In this document: positions 34,365-46,354 of the stretch, piece after piece | Layout: every line of letters starts with the position of its first letter | How positions within the stretch are numbered: position 1 is the first letter of the stretch | Origin: Macrostomum lignano | Lineage: Eukaryota | Reading direction: 5' to 3' | NCBI GenBank assembly: GCA_002269645.1 | Contig: NIVC01000975.1 | Location: forward strand, 1-64,000 | DNA: 64,000 nt | The notes under the pieces: generated by a model | Told to the model about the DNA's origin: nothing | Database searches by the model: none | The model's input: the letters and a program-made list of their open reading frames with translations, nothing else | Made by a program: the position numbers and the translations under genes

Positions 34365-37300
34365 CTGGTGGAGGAGGTATTGGGGAGCTCTTAGCATCTG
34401 TGTGTTTGCATTGCGATTCGAATGATGGGTCGAAGTCTTCCAAATGAGATAAATAGCCTATTTTATTAGCCTCTCAGAGCATGTAGATGAATTTATGCGA
34501 TGTATTATAATGTCTCAACTATAATCAATTAATAGTATTAACATTCAATCTCTAAATTTATGCAAATTAGTGCTGAAAATGATTTTAATATCTTAGTTCA
34601 ATTTTCAGACTCCGTCATCAGCTCATAGCCGATTTACTTGCAGATTGTTGTGAATCCAGGGCCCCCGAAAGAAGAGCTGAACTGAATTCCCCTAGACCGA
34701 GCCGACGAGTGCCCTCATGCAGAATTCCCCATCAAGTATTCGAGTGAGTGGCTGCGTCGGGACTGCACCGTTCCCTCCTCTCTCCCTACTCCTCTTGGAT
34801 TCCTCAAGCCAAGATTTTGCAGTCCCTGCCAGTTGGTCTCTCCGCGGGTTTCCTGCTTCCAGGCAGGCACAGAAACTTGGATAGCCGCCCCTAGAAGTCC
34901 TTCGTTTCTCTCTGTCTCTCTCTCCTCTCTCCTCGGGCATTTCGGAATCGGAATTCGGGCTCTGGGGTGCCGGTGGGGCTGAGTTAGAATCGCAGGCCAG
35001 CATAGACTTCAGTCGAAATGTCGCCTTCTGAGAGAGCTGAACTACCTTCGACTCATTTTCTCTACTCCCTCCCGCAGCCGTGCAGGCCACTGCTAACTCC
35101 ACTCCTCGCTGTCTAAAACTCCCCCTTTCAGATTCTCTCCCTCCGCTGTTCCTCGAACCTGCGTTGAGTTCAAACTCCCCTCACACAGTCCAAGAAACGA
35201 GGTGGAGGGACTTCGGTCGAGGGTGGAAAGGGGGGAAGATTTGAGACAGCGGGAGTCGCAGGCAGAGTCTCTGGAGAGCCGCTGACAGGATGACAAGAGT
35301 GAGTAGTCGAGGATTTTGTTTTGGTCAGGAGAGGCTCAACGTGAGATCGAACCGTACCTCAATTCAAACTGAAAATTTCCGGCCTCAACTGCCACTCTCC
35401 AGCCATGATAACGACGCTTTCTCAGCCTCTTCGGAATGCCAATTCTTGTAGAATCAACAAATATAAAAGCTCAAAATCTGACAACATCCCGTTTTTTAGC
35501 TCAAGACGTCAAGGCTTCTCTTGTTGTTGCCATTGGACACGATGCAGCTGCTATAGCTAAAATGTTAAACACTGGTGAAGGGACTTTGGCAGAGCTATGG
35601 GCAGGGCAGAAACGATGCATCGGCATCAGCAAGTGAGTTATCGATCTGCTGTGAGCTGTCGTCAGCACAGGCAGTGAGGGAGAAGACACTGAGGGAGTGA
35701 GTAGGCGGAGCTGGAGGAGAGAAAGATGGGAGCGAGAGAGAGAAAAGAAAACTACAAAGCAGCATCCAGTAATTTTCAAAGCAACGATGCATCCCACGGC
35801 GCTATTAGCAATTTTAGGCCCTAATAATGAAGGCCGAAATGAGTCAAACACGACAGGGGGCTCAGAAAGTAGCCGAGTCTACTCCTGACTTACTGGAATG
35901 TTTACAAGGCTGATGAAATGTACTTTATTTGTTGTGCATATACATCCTCAGATTCGTTGCATCCGATTATTTTTTGGCGAAAATTTTCCACTCCCGTAAA
36001 CGAGAAGAAACAAGGCAGTTTTCTTGGCAACATTCGGCCAGCCAGGGCTGCATGGTCAGGAGGTTGGGGGGGGGGCGAAGGAGGTGAAGCCACGGGCCGG
36101 GGGAAGGCTGACGAGCTGACGAGCCGCTGCATGTCACATCCGCTTGACAACAGGGAGATCAGCCGGGGCGTCAGAAACAGCTACAACAACAGCAAAAGCA
36201 GAAGAAGCAGAACCAACAGCAACACCTAGAAGACTGGCAGAACTGTTCCTTGCCGCAACTCTCGCAATGCGCCTTCTTGCTTGGAGAACGGTATAAGGGG
36301 ACAGTGAAAAGAGGCAGGGGGGAGAGGGCGTGGCTGATTGAGCCCCGGGGAGATACAGAGCCGCTGCAGTTGAAAGGCCTGTATAAACAGAGCCCCCGGG
36401 GTTCCCCTAGTTGGTCGTCCGGTCCATCAGGAGTGCGATTCTGTGAAAAAAAGGGAAGCTGCTTTGCTTTGCCGAGACATGCAGGGGCAGCGAGAGAGAA
36501 TTTAAAAAAAGAGGAATACAGACGCGGAAAAATATACAGACAGGGACCTTGGAATGGAGAGAAAGTGTAGGCGCACTGTTTCAGTTTTCGGAACTGGAAC
36601 AGCTGCCGCTGCCTCTACTGATTGCCTCAGGGGGAGTAAGGGAGCTCTTGCTCTGGTCCGAGCTGACCACTGAGCTCAAAACCTTTCAGCCTTTCCCCCA
36701 GCCAAGAAAAGAGATTTTCTTTTATAAAGCGAAAACACTTTAAAACGGTCTTTTTCCTATTTTCATAGAAACTGGCATGCAGTTACTAAGCTGACTTGGG
36801 CGAGTCGGCCGAGTGGGGACTCGAGAGCGCGGGGGGGTTCTCTTCCACTTCAATCCAATTCCGCTGCTGCGTCAGCTCGAGAATGAGCATTCCCAGAGAA
36901 GCAACTTTTCTCTCTCTCTCTCTCTAAGGCCGGTTAAACACGCATCTCCTTAGGCTAAGCGGGCAGTCAGAGAAACTGGGAGAGCACTGCTGCCAGCCTG
37001 GGGTCAATCAGGCTGAGAGCTGGACCCTGAATGTGAACAAGAGTGGACGGGAGTGCTGAGTCCACAATGTGGTTGTGTGTGTACTGGGGGGGGGAAGTTA
37101 GTTGATGCAGTGGAAAATCAGAGGGGAAATTTGTCGATTGGTCCGAAATTCGACAAATAACTTCAGAATTCGGTTCTGGTTGGGACTTGCGCCGCTCTCT
37201 TTCCTGGCTCGCTGTGTTTGCACAAACTCCCGGATAGCAAACTCAAAAAGACGGTTGTTCTTCATCTTTTACTTCTTTCTGTCTCTGTCTTTTCTTTTGC

Positions 37301-37772
37301 TTTTTCATGCCAGCCTCCTTGGCACGTATTTTTGGGACTTTGGTGAATCAACAAATCATTTAGTATTTTCGGGTACGTGATGCCTTGCATAGAAAATGAA
37401 GAAAGAATTTTTTTGAGCAGCATCCACCATCACATATTTAACTTTCACTGTGATAGCTCAGACTGTGATAGCAAAGTTTCGATCTTCTTGGTAATTTCTC
37501 TCCAAACTTGATAGTTTTTATCGTCTAAAGCCCCTCCTAGAGGCTAAGGCTCAGTCAACCGCATCATCATTTCTCAGCTGAATCCATTTTTCCAGTTCTT
37601 GGTTATGCAAAGTAGGCGGCTGGTTTGCGAGATTTACGGCCGGGACGTGGCCAGATGATTGAGCAGAGAGGCAGCGACAATACGTCAAGGATATGGAAAT
37701 GAGCATCGGGATACGATCCCACGGGCTCAATTTCCCTAGAAGGATGGGCCCTCGTCTCCTGACTAGTCTCAC

Positions 37773-38788
37773 CTGGGCAAATTTCCCATCACGGTCGAAG
37801 CCTGAGTGAGAATGCCCAGCAGAGTGAGCAGTCCCAGAGTCACCCTGGCGGGCACGGCCTCAATGTTGACCCAAAAGTTCAGCCAGCTGACTGTCACGAT
37901 GAGGATAGAAGGGATGTAGGTCCCAGCAAGGTAGCTGCTCAGCTGCCTCTCCAGTTTGAACTCCGCCTTGAGGCAGGCGTAGGCGCCAGTGCTGGTGGCG
38001 CTGCCTTTGGTGCAGTCGATGGTCTTTGCTTTGCCGGGCGTGTTGAACTCGGCAATCTGCATTGAAGTGTCCAGCTCCACCGGCTGTTTGTCCTTGTCCT
38101 GCTTCCACTTGAACAGCAGATTCTTGGTTGTGTAACCGTAACTGCCGATGTTGACGAAGCAGTTCTGCATGTCCATGGGGAATGTCTGCAGCTGCATCTG
38201 GCAGGAGAACTTCATGGTAATCTTCTGCGAGTACAGGATGTCACCGTTCGGACCCACTCGGATTAGATAATTTGGCTGCGTCATCTTGTGCAGGTAACCC
38301 TCTTTTCCGTTGCGAAAGAAAAGATCCGGCAGCCACAGCTGCTCCTTCTTGGCCGGTATAGCGATGGAGTCATTGTAGAACTTAAACTGCGGGATATTCT
38401 CCCAGCTGAGCCGGTGATCGCGCCAGAACTGCCTCAGGTACATGTCCAAGCTGAACTCCATATTGATGACGTCGACCTTGTTGATGCTGAGAATTTTCAT
38501 GTTCACGTCGACTTTAGTCGGCGGCTCAAACGGTTTTCCACCTTCAACCAGCGGCGGCTGCGGCTTGCCGCCCATCGTATCAATAACTTCCACTGGCCGC
38601 TGGTGCTTGTTGTAGTTGGTAAAGATTTTCTCAACAATGCGGTCTACTATGTTGGTGTAGTTTGAGGCCGTGGTGCCCGCCGAGGCCGGCAAGGGCTTCA
38701 GCAGCAGCAGCGGCAGCAGCGGCAGCAGCAGCGACAGCGAAAGCTTCGTGCACCGCCGGTTGCAGTCTGGCGCCGCCGCCGTCGCCAT
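37773..38788 (-). CDS. Cys-loop receptor variable exon V3 (proximal): signal peptide, ligand-binding domain, M1, M2
   Basis: Signal peptide LSLSLLLPLLPLLLLKPLPASA. Loop A WLPDLFFRNGK. Cys-loop CQMQLQTFPMDMQNC. Second Cys pair in loop C. Anion-channel PAR motif. Donor CCC AG|GTGAGA. Spliced to the constant exon it gives 1503 nt, a 500-aa ORF. Confidence 0.95.
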
Positions 38789-40733
38789 GCCGACACTCTC
38801 CGCTCGCGGTTGTCCACTTCTGAGTCAGGCTGCGTTGCTGCTTGATTGTCGGACCCGAAGACTACCTGAATAGCCCTGGTTGATCCCAGAACATTTGATC
38901 GGGATTATGACGACGAGGTGATGGTGCTTGGAAGAAGACGGATGCCCAGTCGCGAGGCCTGCCAGCTTTAGGCGTTTTTTAGAGGTCCGGGTAAGTTGAG
39001 TTCAGACGGGTACCGGATTGGCACGGTGACTGCCTGCCCCCACTCTGCCCCGAGTACGCTCGGCCAATGACGGGGCGACCTCTCTCCTTCCCTCAGAATA
39101 CTGGATGAAAAAGAGGAGTATTTTACACTCGCTGATCTATTATTCCCCGTGGCTACAATTTTGTTATTTCTAATGAATCCCTGAACCCTTCTTCAGGCTT
39201 CAATGTGTCCACGCACCTAATAAGAGATTTTATCAACTGCCTGTTTTATTCCCGCACTAACTTCAGCATCTCGCATCAGCACGACAAAAACCGCGTTGCT
39301 GCCATCGCTGTAGAAACGAACTGATGCGGTGCTGTCTCTATCTGCACGAACTGTTACAATAACACTGTATACAGTTTTATGTCCATCAAGCAACATCCAA
39401 GTGTCGCATCTGCTTCTAAGCCACCCGCGGCTCCGCAGCTTAGATTAGTTGAGATTAAGCGAGAGTTCGCGCAAAATAAAGAGGCCTGAATGACAGGTTA
39501 GAGGAAATTAACTAATATTCAGGCAATGGGACATTGTGTGCGCGCGTGAATTAACGCGAGGAGAAGAAGCCCAGGTGCGCATGTGCGTGTGTGTGTGTGC
39601 AGCACAGGGTGTTACAAAAATGCTGTGTGGTCTTCTCACAGCAGCAGCAGCTGGTGTCAGTCACACAGCTGATGACAGGCGTAAAGTCAAGCCACTCAGG
39701 CTGAAATCACCTTTCCGGTCCAAAGGAGGAACAGAGGCGAGTATGGAGAGATGGCTTGGCTGGAGGGACAGGCGTGGAACAAGGGAGAGAGGCAGGGTCG
39801 GGTTGAGAGACACGGCGCGGTGTATAGAATTCCGGTTGAGTTGATGCAGCTGCGTCAATGTTGGGACCGCGAGGGAAGCTGAAGTCTTCTCTCCTAAAAG
39901 TTCCCGAAACTCCCTCCTGACAAGTAAAAAAAGTATTACAGTGCACAGACAGACGGCAGCGCGATGGCTATGAATATAGAATCCATTGCCATTAAATGCG
40001 CGTTTCACTTGGTCAAGGGAGTTGCAATTTAGTATGAATAATTTGATACACGAGTCTGGCGAACCGGGAGCCAATGTGCGTGTTTATGCTAAGCATGGAC
40101 TTCCGCCGAAAACTGCCTAGGAAGGGGTGGGCTCAGGCAAAAGTGTGCTCGACGGAGCCTTTGGACCAAGGAGACCTGAGACCTGGGACGCAGAACAGTT
40201 TTTTAAATTCTGGATCCATTTTCAGGCGTAATGGTTTCAAGCTCAATCGAATGTCCACCAAATAAACATTTAAAACATGTCAATAAGGGCTCGTAATACG
40301 AACGTATAGTTAAAAAAAACTTTTAAATGCAAAACCCAAAAATATTGCATGTTCCCAAACTTCTGCCGAAACTGGACTCTTCTCTTTAGAGCTTAATCAA
40401 CTCCCGAAGCTTAGAGAGCAAAAATTTACAAGTTCAATGAAGCCTATTTTTATATTTTACAAACTGACGTGCTAAATCACTACTTGTAAGTAGCATATGC
40501 AGTATCAGTAGCCCTACTAAATTTGATATCAATAAGGCCGATCCGGAATTTAAGTCGAGAGGTTTTTCCAGCTCGCGGATCGCTTGGGTAGCTCAAGAGA
40601 GTCAAAGAATTCGAAGATCTGTGGCTCAGTTGTCCGTGGCAATTCGAATGGGACACGGATAGCTACTAGTTGGTCCAAGTTACAAGCGTCTGAGCTGTTT
40701 AGGGATAGTTTGCATAGCTACGCCTATTCTTAC

Positions 40734-41554
40734 CTGGGCAGCCAGTTAGCAAAAGTACAAATGTGAGCCAAAATGCACAGCAGCGTTAGTAATAGCAGCA
40801 GAGTTCGCGTCTGAAGCGCCGCTGTGCCGAACCAGAAGCTTAGCCAGCTGATTGACACGATGATCATCGATGGCACGTACACAGCCAACAGGTAAGGGAC
40901 AATGTGGCGCTTCAGTTTGAATTCCACTTTCAAGTAAGGATAGAAACCGGAGGAGGTAGCGCTGCCTCTTGAACAGTCGATGAGTTCCAGCTCAGCAGGC
41001 GCTTGAAACTCGCTAATCTGCATCGCGGAGTCTAACTCAATAGCTTTTCTGTATTCTGTGTTGTGCCACCGCAGTAACTGACGATTCGTTGTGTGGCGAT
41101 AGCTTCCGATGTGAATTCTACAATTCTGCGTATCAAATGGAAATGTCTGCAGCTGCATGTGGCAGGAGAACTTCACTGTGGTCTTCTGCGAGTAGAGGAC
41201 GTTCCCGTTGCGCTGAACCTTGATGAGATGGTTCGGCTGAGCCATCTTGTGCTGGTAGCCTTCGTTGCCGTTCCAAAAATACACATCAGGCAGCCACAGC
41301 GTGTCCTTCGCATTCGAAAAGTCGATGGAATCAAAATAAGATTGGTACTGCCGAAAACTCTCCCAATCCAGTCGGCGGTCTTGCCAGAACATTCTCAGGT
41401 ACATTTCGACACTGAACTCCATGCTGACTGGGTCAATGTTGCTGATTCTCAAAATCTTGATTGTCAAATTCACTTTGACAGGTCCATCTTGATACATTGG
41501 CACCTGTTCTTTGTAGTAATCAAACTTCCTGTCGAAAATTGGTCCCGGAAACAA
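40734..41554 (-). CDS. Cys-loop receptor variable exon V2 (divergent; no signal peptide or ATG visible; atypical subunit or decaying cassette)
   Basis: Cys-loop CHMQLQTFPFDTQNC, M1 YLLAVYVPSMIIVSISWLSFW, donor CCC AG|GTAAGA in the same phase. In-frame TGA at 41555-41557 upstream. PAR is replaced by QTR. Confidence 0.75.
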
Positions 41555-41796
41555 TCAGGAAAATTTTCGTCCCCACTTTCGTTCAGAGATTTCAAAACAA
41601 TTTTTATGGATGATAATTGCAGCAAATTTGGCACTTGCAAGCGAAATGCTAGCTAATGCAGTGTCCCTAAAAGAATAAGCTGGTTGCTTTGGTCACACTG
41701 TCTTCTCTTTATATCTTCGAGCAATCATTGAGTTATGTGATGGAGCCTTAACAGGTGAGAGGATGCTGACTGACAAATCTGACTCAGTCTCATTGG

Positions 41797-42754
41797 CACA
41801 GGGGCGTCGCCATCGGAGGGGGGACATGAGGACATGCCCCCTCCAGTAAAAGCTATGGGGGGACATGCTACCCCACCTTGTGACTCGTGGTTGAAATCAA
41901 TAATTTTGCTTCAGGGCGACAAAACATCGCGCCTACTGCGCCAAAATGAGTGCCTGCGGCGCGAAAATGAGTGCCTGCGGCGGTTAGATAAGTGCCTGCG
42001 GCGCTAAAATGAGTGCCTGTGGCGCCAAAATGAGTGCCTGTGGTGCCAAAATGAGTGCCTGCGGCGCTAAAATGAGTGCCTGCGGCGCCAAAATGAGTGC
42101 CTGCGGCGCCAAAATGAGTGCCTGCGGCGCCAAAATGAGTGCCTGCGGCGCCAAAATGAGTGCCTGCGGCGCTAAAATGAGTGCCTGCGGCGCCAAAATG
42201 AGTGCCTGCGGCGCCAAAATGAGTGCCTGTGGTGCCAAAATGAGTGCCTGCGGCGCTAAAATGAGTGCCTGCGGCGCTAAAATGAGTGCCTGCGGCGCCA
42301 AAATGAGTGCCTGCGGCGCCAAAATGAGTGCCTGCGGCGCTAAACGCTAAAATGAGTGCCTGCGGTGCCAAAATGAGTGCCTGCGGCGCTAAAATGAGTG
42401 CCTGCGGCGCTAAAATGAGTGCCTGTGGCGCCAAAATGAGTGCCTGTGGCGCCAAAATGAGTGCCTGCGGCGCCAAAATGAGTGCCTGCGGCGCTAAAAT
42501 GAGTGCCTGCGGCGCCAAAATGAGTGCCTGCGGCGCTAAAATGAGTGCCTGCGGCGCTAAAATGAGTGCCTGCGGCGCTAAAATGAGTGCCTGCGGCGCT
42601 AAAATGAGTGCCTGCGGCGCTAAAATGAGTGCCTGCGTTGAAAAAATGAGCGCTGACGACACCGATTCTGAAAATAATGTACATGTAGGAATTTATTCAT
42701 GTACATGTTCATGTAGAATACACCCACCATAAAACCCATGGCGGCGCCCCTGTG
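41797..42754. mobile_element. MITE-like element with ~17-bp TIRs enclosing a 21-bp tandem array
   Basis: Left end CACAGGGGCGTCGCCAT; right end ATGGCGGCGCCCCTGTG (1 mismatch). Subterminal GGGGGACATGAGGACATGCCCCC hairpin. No clear TSD. Confidence 0.65.
41930..42645. repeat. 21-bp minisatellite, ~33 copies
   Basis: Unit AAAATGAGTGCCTGCGGCGC(C/T). Confidence 0.96.
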
Positions 42755-45407
42755 ACATTTCAGGTAGTGAATCCATTCCCAGGAAAGACTCCGGAAGGTG
42801 TTGTACTGGTGACTACGAAACTATATTAGTTATCGTTCATTCAGTCACAATAAGTCTGTCTTGTTTCTGTGTCAGCTCAAGTTGTTCGTTGATCCGTCAC
42901 GGCAAGAATATTGCTGCATCGACAGTTATAAAAAAGGTGTAAATTCTGTTAGTCAGCTGCGCAGACTGACAAGCACACGGATTTAATTTGTTGAATTGGG
43001 TTCAAGTACAAACTTCTTCAAACTTCAGTGGACAGGCCGACAGCTGACTAGCAAACATTGGCTTATTTTTGTAGCCATGTCTAGAATTTTCCTCATCAGA
43101 ATACTGCGCAGTTCCACGAAAGAAGGACTTGTAAGTTAACTAATGAAGCTTCTAATAAACAATTTTTGCCTGCGAATTTTTCCTACCATATTGTCCTTTC
43201 TGGGAGTCGGCTGCAGCTCAGTTGCTCGACTGAGTAAATTCAATTTAAAGACGCTTGGGAAACTTTTCTGCTTTTCGTCTGCTGGGTTGAGCAATCCGAA
43301 TCTGCGACAGAATCGACAGGACGCGAGTGAACAACCATGGCTCATCGACTTCTTCATCCGGGCAGCTAATTAGAAAAGAAGAATGCCAGGCCTCCGTGTC
43401 TGGGGTTCAGATTCGGTTATGGCCTGATTGAACAAGTTCTACTCATTTACTGTAAGTTTGACTACATTTTTACCAAATCCGTGGGGCAGGACTTACTAAT
43501 CAAAAATGCATGCCATTCTGAGCCAAACTCTGGCCCCAGTAGCCCCTTTAGCAAATCGAAAATCAACTGTAACTCGAGACTAATTTCCATGGACTGCATG
43601 GCTAGAATTGGTAAATTGACACCGTATGCACGGCGACTTGAGCTGTGCGTTGCTCAAGGCATAAGAGGAACCTTTTTTATACAACAGCAGGGACCTAGCT
43701 GTGTTCCTGTCAAGACAAGCAATAGTTATCACTAACTAAGGGGCTGCTATAGAGAGGATCGATTCAAAAATACTGTAATTAAGCGAGTCTATTCGGTAAG
43801 ACTTAGCAACTAAGCAACTAAGACAGGGAATCTATCCACTCAATTGATAGAACGCGCCTCTTTCTGCTTTTCTGCCAGCCAGAGACGGTTTCGATTGATT
43901 TTACGATCTTTTGCAACCGTCTGCTCCTGCGCTTGAGCTTAGATGCATTATAGCAGAAAGATCTTCTGAGGAGGTATGAGGGGAGGGCATGATGGCCCAT
44001 TGGAGTGGAAAAGAATTAGCCTTTGATTATAGGCCGAGCCACCGATCTCATCGTCAATGAGCAGCTCGCGGCTGAATGCGCGGCTCGCTCACGTAGTACG
44101 GTACAGGTATTGGCCAAGCGATTTTCGCTGTTAGTACTATACTAGCATGATATGATTTCATGTTCCCATATTGTAGAGTATAATAACGGTATTATGGCTT
44201 GTTAAGCTACAGAGGCTGCAATCTAAGATCCCCGAATCCCACTATCTCCCTATCCTTTCATCAATGGGCTGCGTGTCCATCAATGACAGCTGTTTCTACT
44301 GCAGGTTTACAGAGAACATTTCGTTCTTAAGGTTCGATTGTAAGGCAGAAAGTCGCACGATGTCTGATCACTAATACACGCACCTGTCCCATCTCTGTCA
44401 ATACATTTAATGTGCACCCCAAGTCAGCAGAGACCGCCGAGCTTCATTCCATTTGGTAGCGAATATCGTCATGCAGTAATGCAGTTGTCAATGTTGACAC
44501 AGCGGGGTTAGGTTAGTGCAAACAGCTGGATCGGGGGGGGGCATATGTGAGTTTTAAAACCTAATATAAGACAGCAGAAGTTGAAGGTAGCTCATGCACT
44601 CCCTATTAGCTACCATCGCAATTCTTTACTCTTACGAGTGCCTCGTTAGTCTCGGAATGAGACTTTGAGTAGAAAAAAAGTTCAGAGAGTCACGCCGCAA
44701 AGGAAGTGAGACAGCCCCCCTGCTGCTAGCCCAGCCTCTGCTGCTATGGTGGGCGCGCAGCTTTCTTCTTCTCTTTAGTCAAAGTTTAGTCGCAAAAAAC
44801 GTTAAGAGGCAACGAGGAATGCTCTGACTGCCTGGAGAGTGTGGCGATGCGTTGAAAACAGCGCCAACCTCCCCCCTCTCTCTCTAATCCCTTCTCCCCA
44901 GGCCTGGCAATTAGTGTGAGCAGGCCCGTTGCAACTTTCGGACTTTTCTCTGTGAGTCTCTGAGTGACCAGCTGCTTGGAGCAGAGCACGATGAACTGTG
45001 CACGTCTGGCGTCTGTGTGTGCGTGCGTGCCCAGAGCCGAGAGAGACGTGACGCACCAACAAGGGGCACGCGAAACGAAAGCGAAAGTTGAGGAGAGAAA
45101 GAGGAGCTCGCTATATAGCAAGAGAAAGAAAAGCAAAAGATGTCGCCGAAGATTTCCTCAAAGTTTCTCTCCGGAGAGGAAGACTTGAAGTTTGGGGATT
45201 TGAGTCGAGAGTGCGGGAAGAAAAAAGGTAACGAAGATCGGGAGAGAGACCTGAGGGGCAGGCCTGAACAGGTCAAGAAGGCCTTCTCTAATTGCGATCA
45301 GATTGCCGCCATGTGAGCCTTCCGTTGTGTATTACTTATTCAAGCAAATTAAAAATAGCACCGAGGTGTCGACTGAGGGCGCATGACTCAGCGAGGCTGA
45401 CTCTTAC

Positions 45408-46354
45408 CTGGGCAAGTTGTTGATGACGGACATGCCCTGGGTTAGGATGCCGAGCAGAGTGAGCACGCCGAGGGACACGCGAGCCGGTATGGCCTCAACG
45501 CTGATCCAGAAGTTCAGCCAGCTGACTGTCACGATGAGAATCGCGGGAATGTAGGTGCTGGACAGGTAACTGCCGAGCTGCCTCTCGAGGTTGAAGACAA
45601 CCAACAGGCAGGCGTAGGCGCCGGTGCTGGTGGCGCTGCCCTTCGTGCAGTCGATGGTCTCGGCGCTGCTCGGCGTGTTGAACTCCGAGATTTGCATTTT
45701 GTCCAGCTCCACTGAGGCTTTATTCTCGTCTCGTTTCCATCGAAACAGCAGGTTTCGAGTTGTGTATCCGTAGCTGCCAATATTCACAGTGCAGGTCTGC
45801 GTGTCCATCGGGAACGTCTGCAGCTGCATCTGGCAAGCGTACCGCATTGTAACCTTCTGCGAGTACAGGATGTGCCCATTCGGCTCAACTCGGATTAGAT
45901 AATTTGGCTGCGTCATCTCGTGCAGGTAGCCTTGCTTTCCATTGCGAAAGAAAAGATCTGGCAGCCACAGTTGCTCCTTCTTGGCCGGTATAGCGATGGA
46001 GTCATTGTAGAACTTGAACTGCGGGATATTCTCCCAGCTGAGCCGGTGATCGCGCCAGAACTGCCTCAGGTACATGTCCAGCGTGAACTCCATATTGATG
46101 ACGTCGACCTTGTTGATGCTGAGAATTTTCATGTTCACTAACACGAGTGTCGGGTCTTCCTCCAGTTTGCCGTCCTTGTTCTGCCTGCTGGCCGGCACGG
46201 GTCTCTGGTGCTTGTTGTAGTTGGTGAAGATGTGCCCTACGATTCGGTCCACAATGTTGGTGTAGTTCGGCTTCATTCCAGCTTGGCCTGATGCGGTCCC
46301 GAGCATCAGGAGAACCGAAGCTGCAACTAGTGTTGCTAGGCCCAGCGGCTGCAT
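45408..46354 (-). CDS. Cys-loop receptor variable exon V1 (distal): signal peptide, ligand-binding domain, M1, M2
   Basis: ATG at 46354 (GCCATG), signal peptide MQPLGLATLVAASVLLMLGTASG. WLPDLFFRNGK, Cys-loop CQMQLQTFPMDTQTC, PARVSLG. Donor CCC AG|GTAAGA. Spliced to the constant exon it gives 1434 nt, a 477-aa ORF. Confidence 0.93.

Noticed and set aside
38820-41790. AP-1-like TGA(C/G)TCA and CCAAT motifs near the variable exons as a shared promoter element
   Set aside because: Short motifs at inconsistent distances and absent in the equivalent position for V1; expected by chance.
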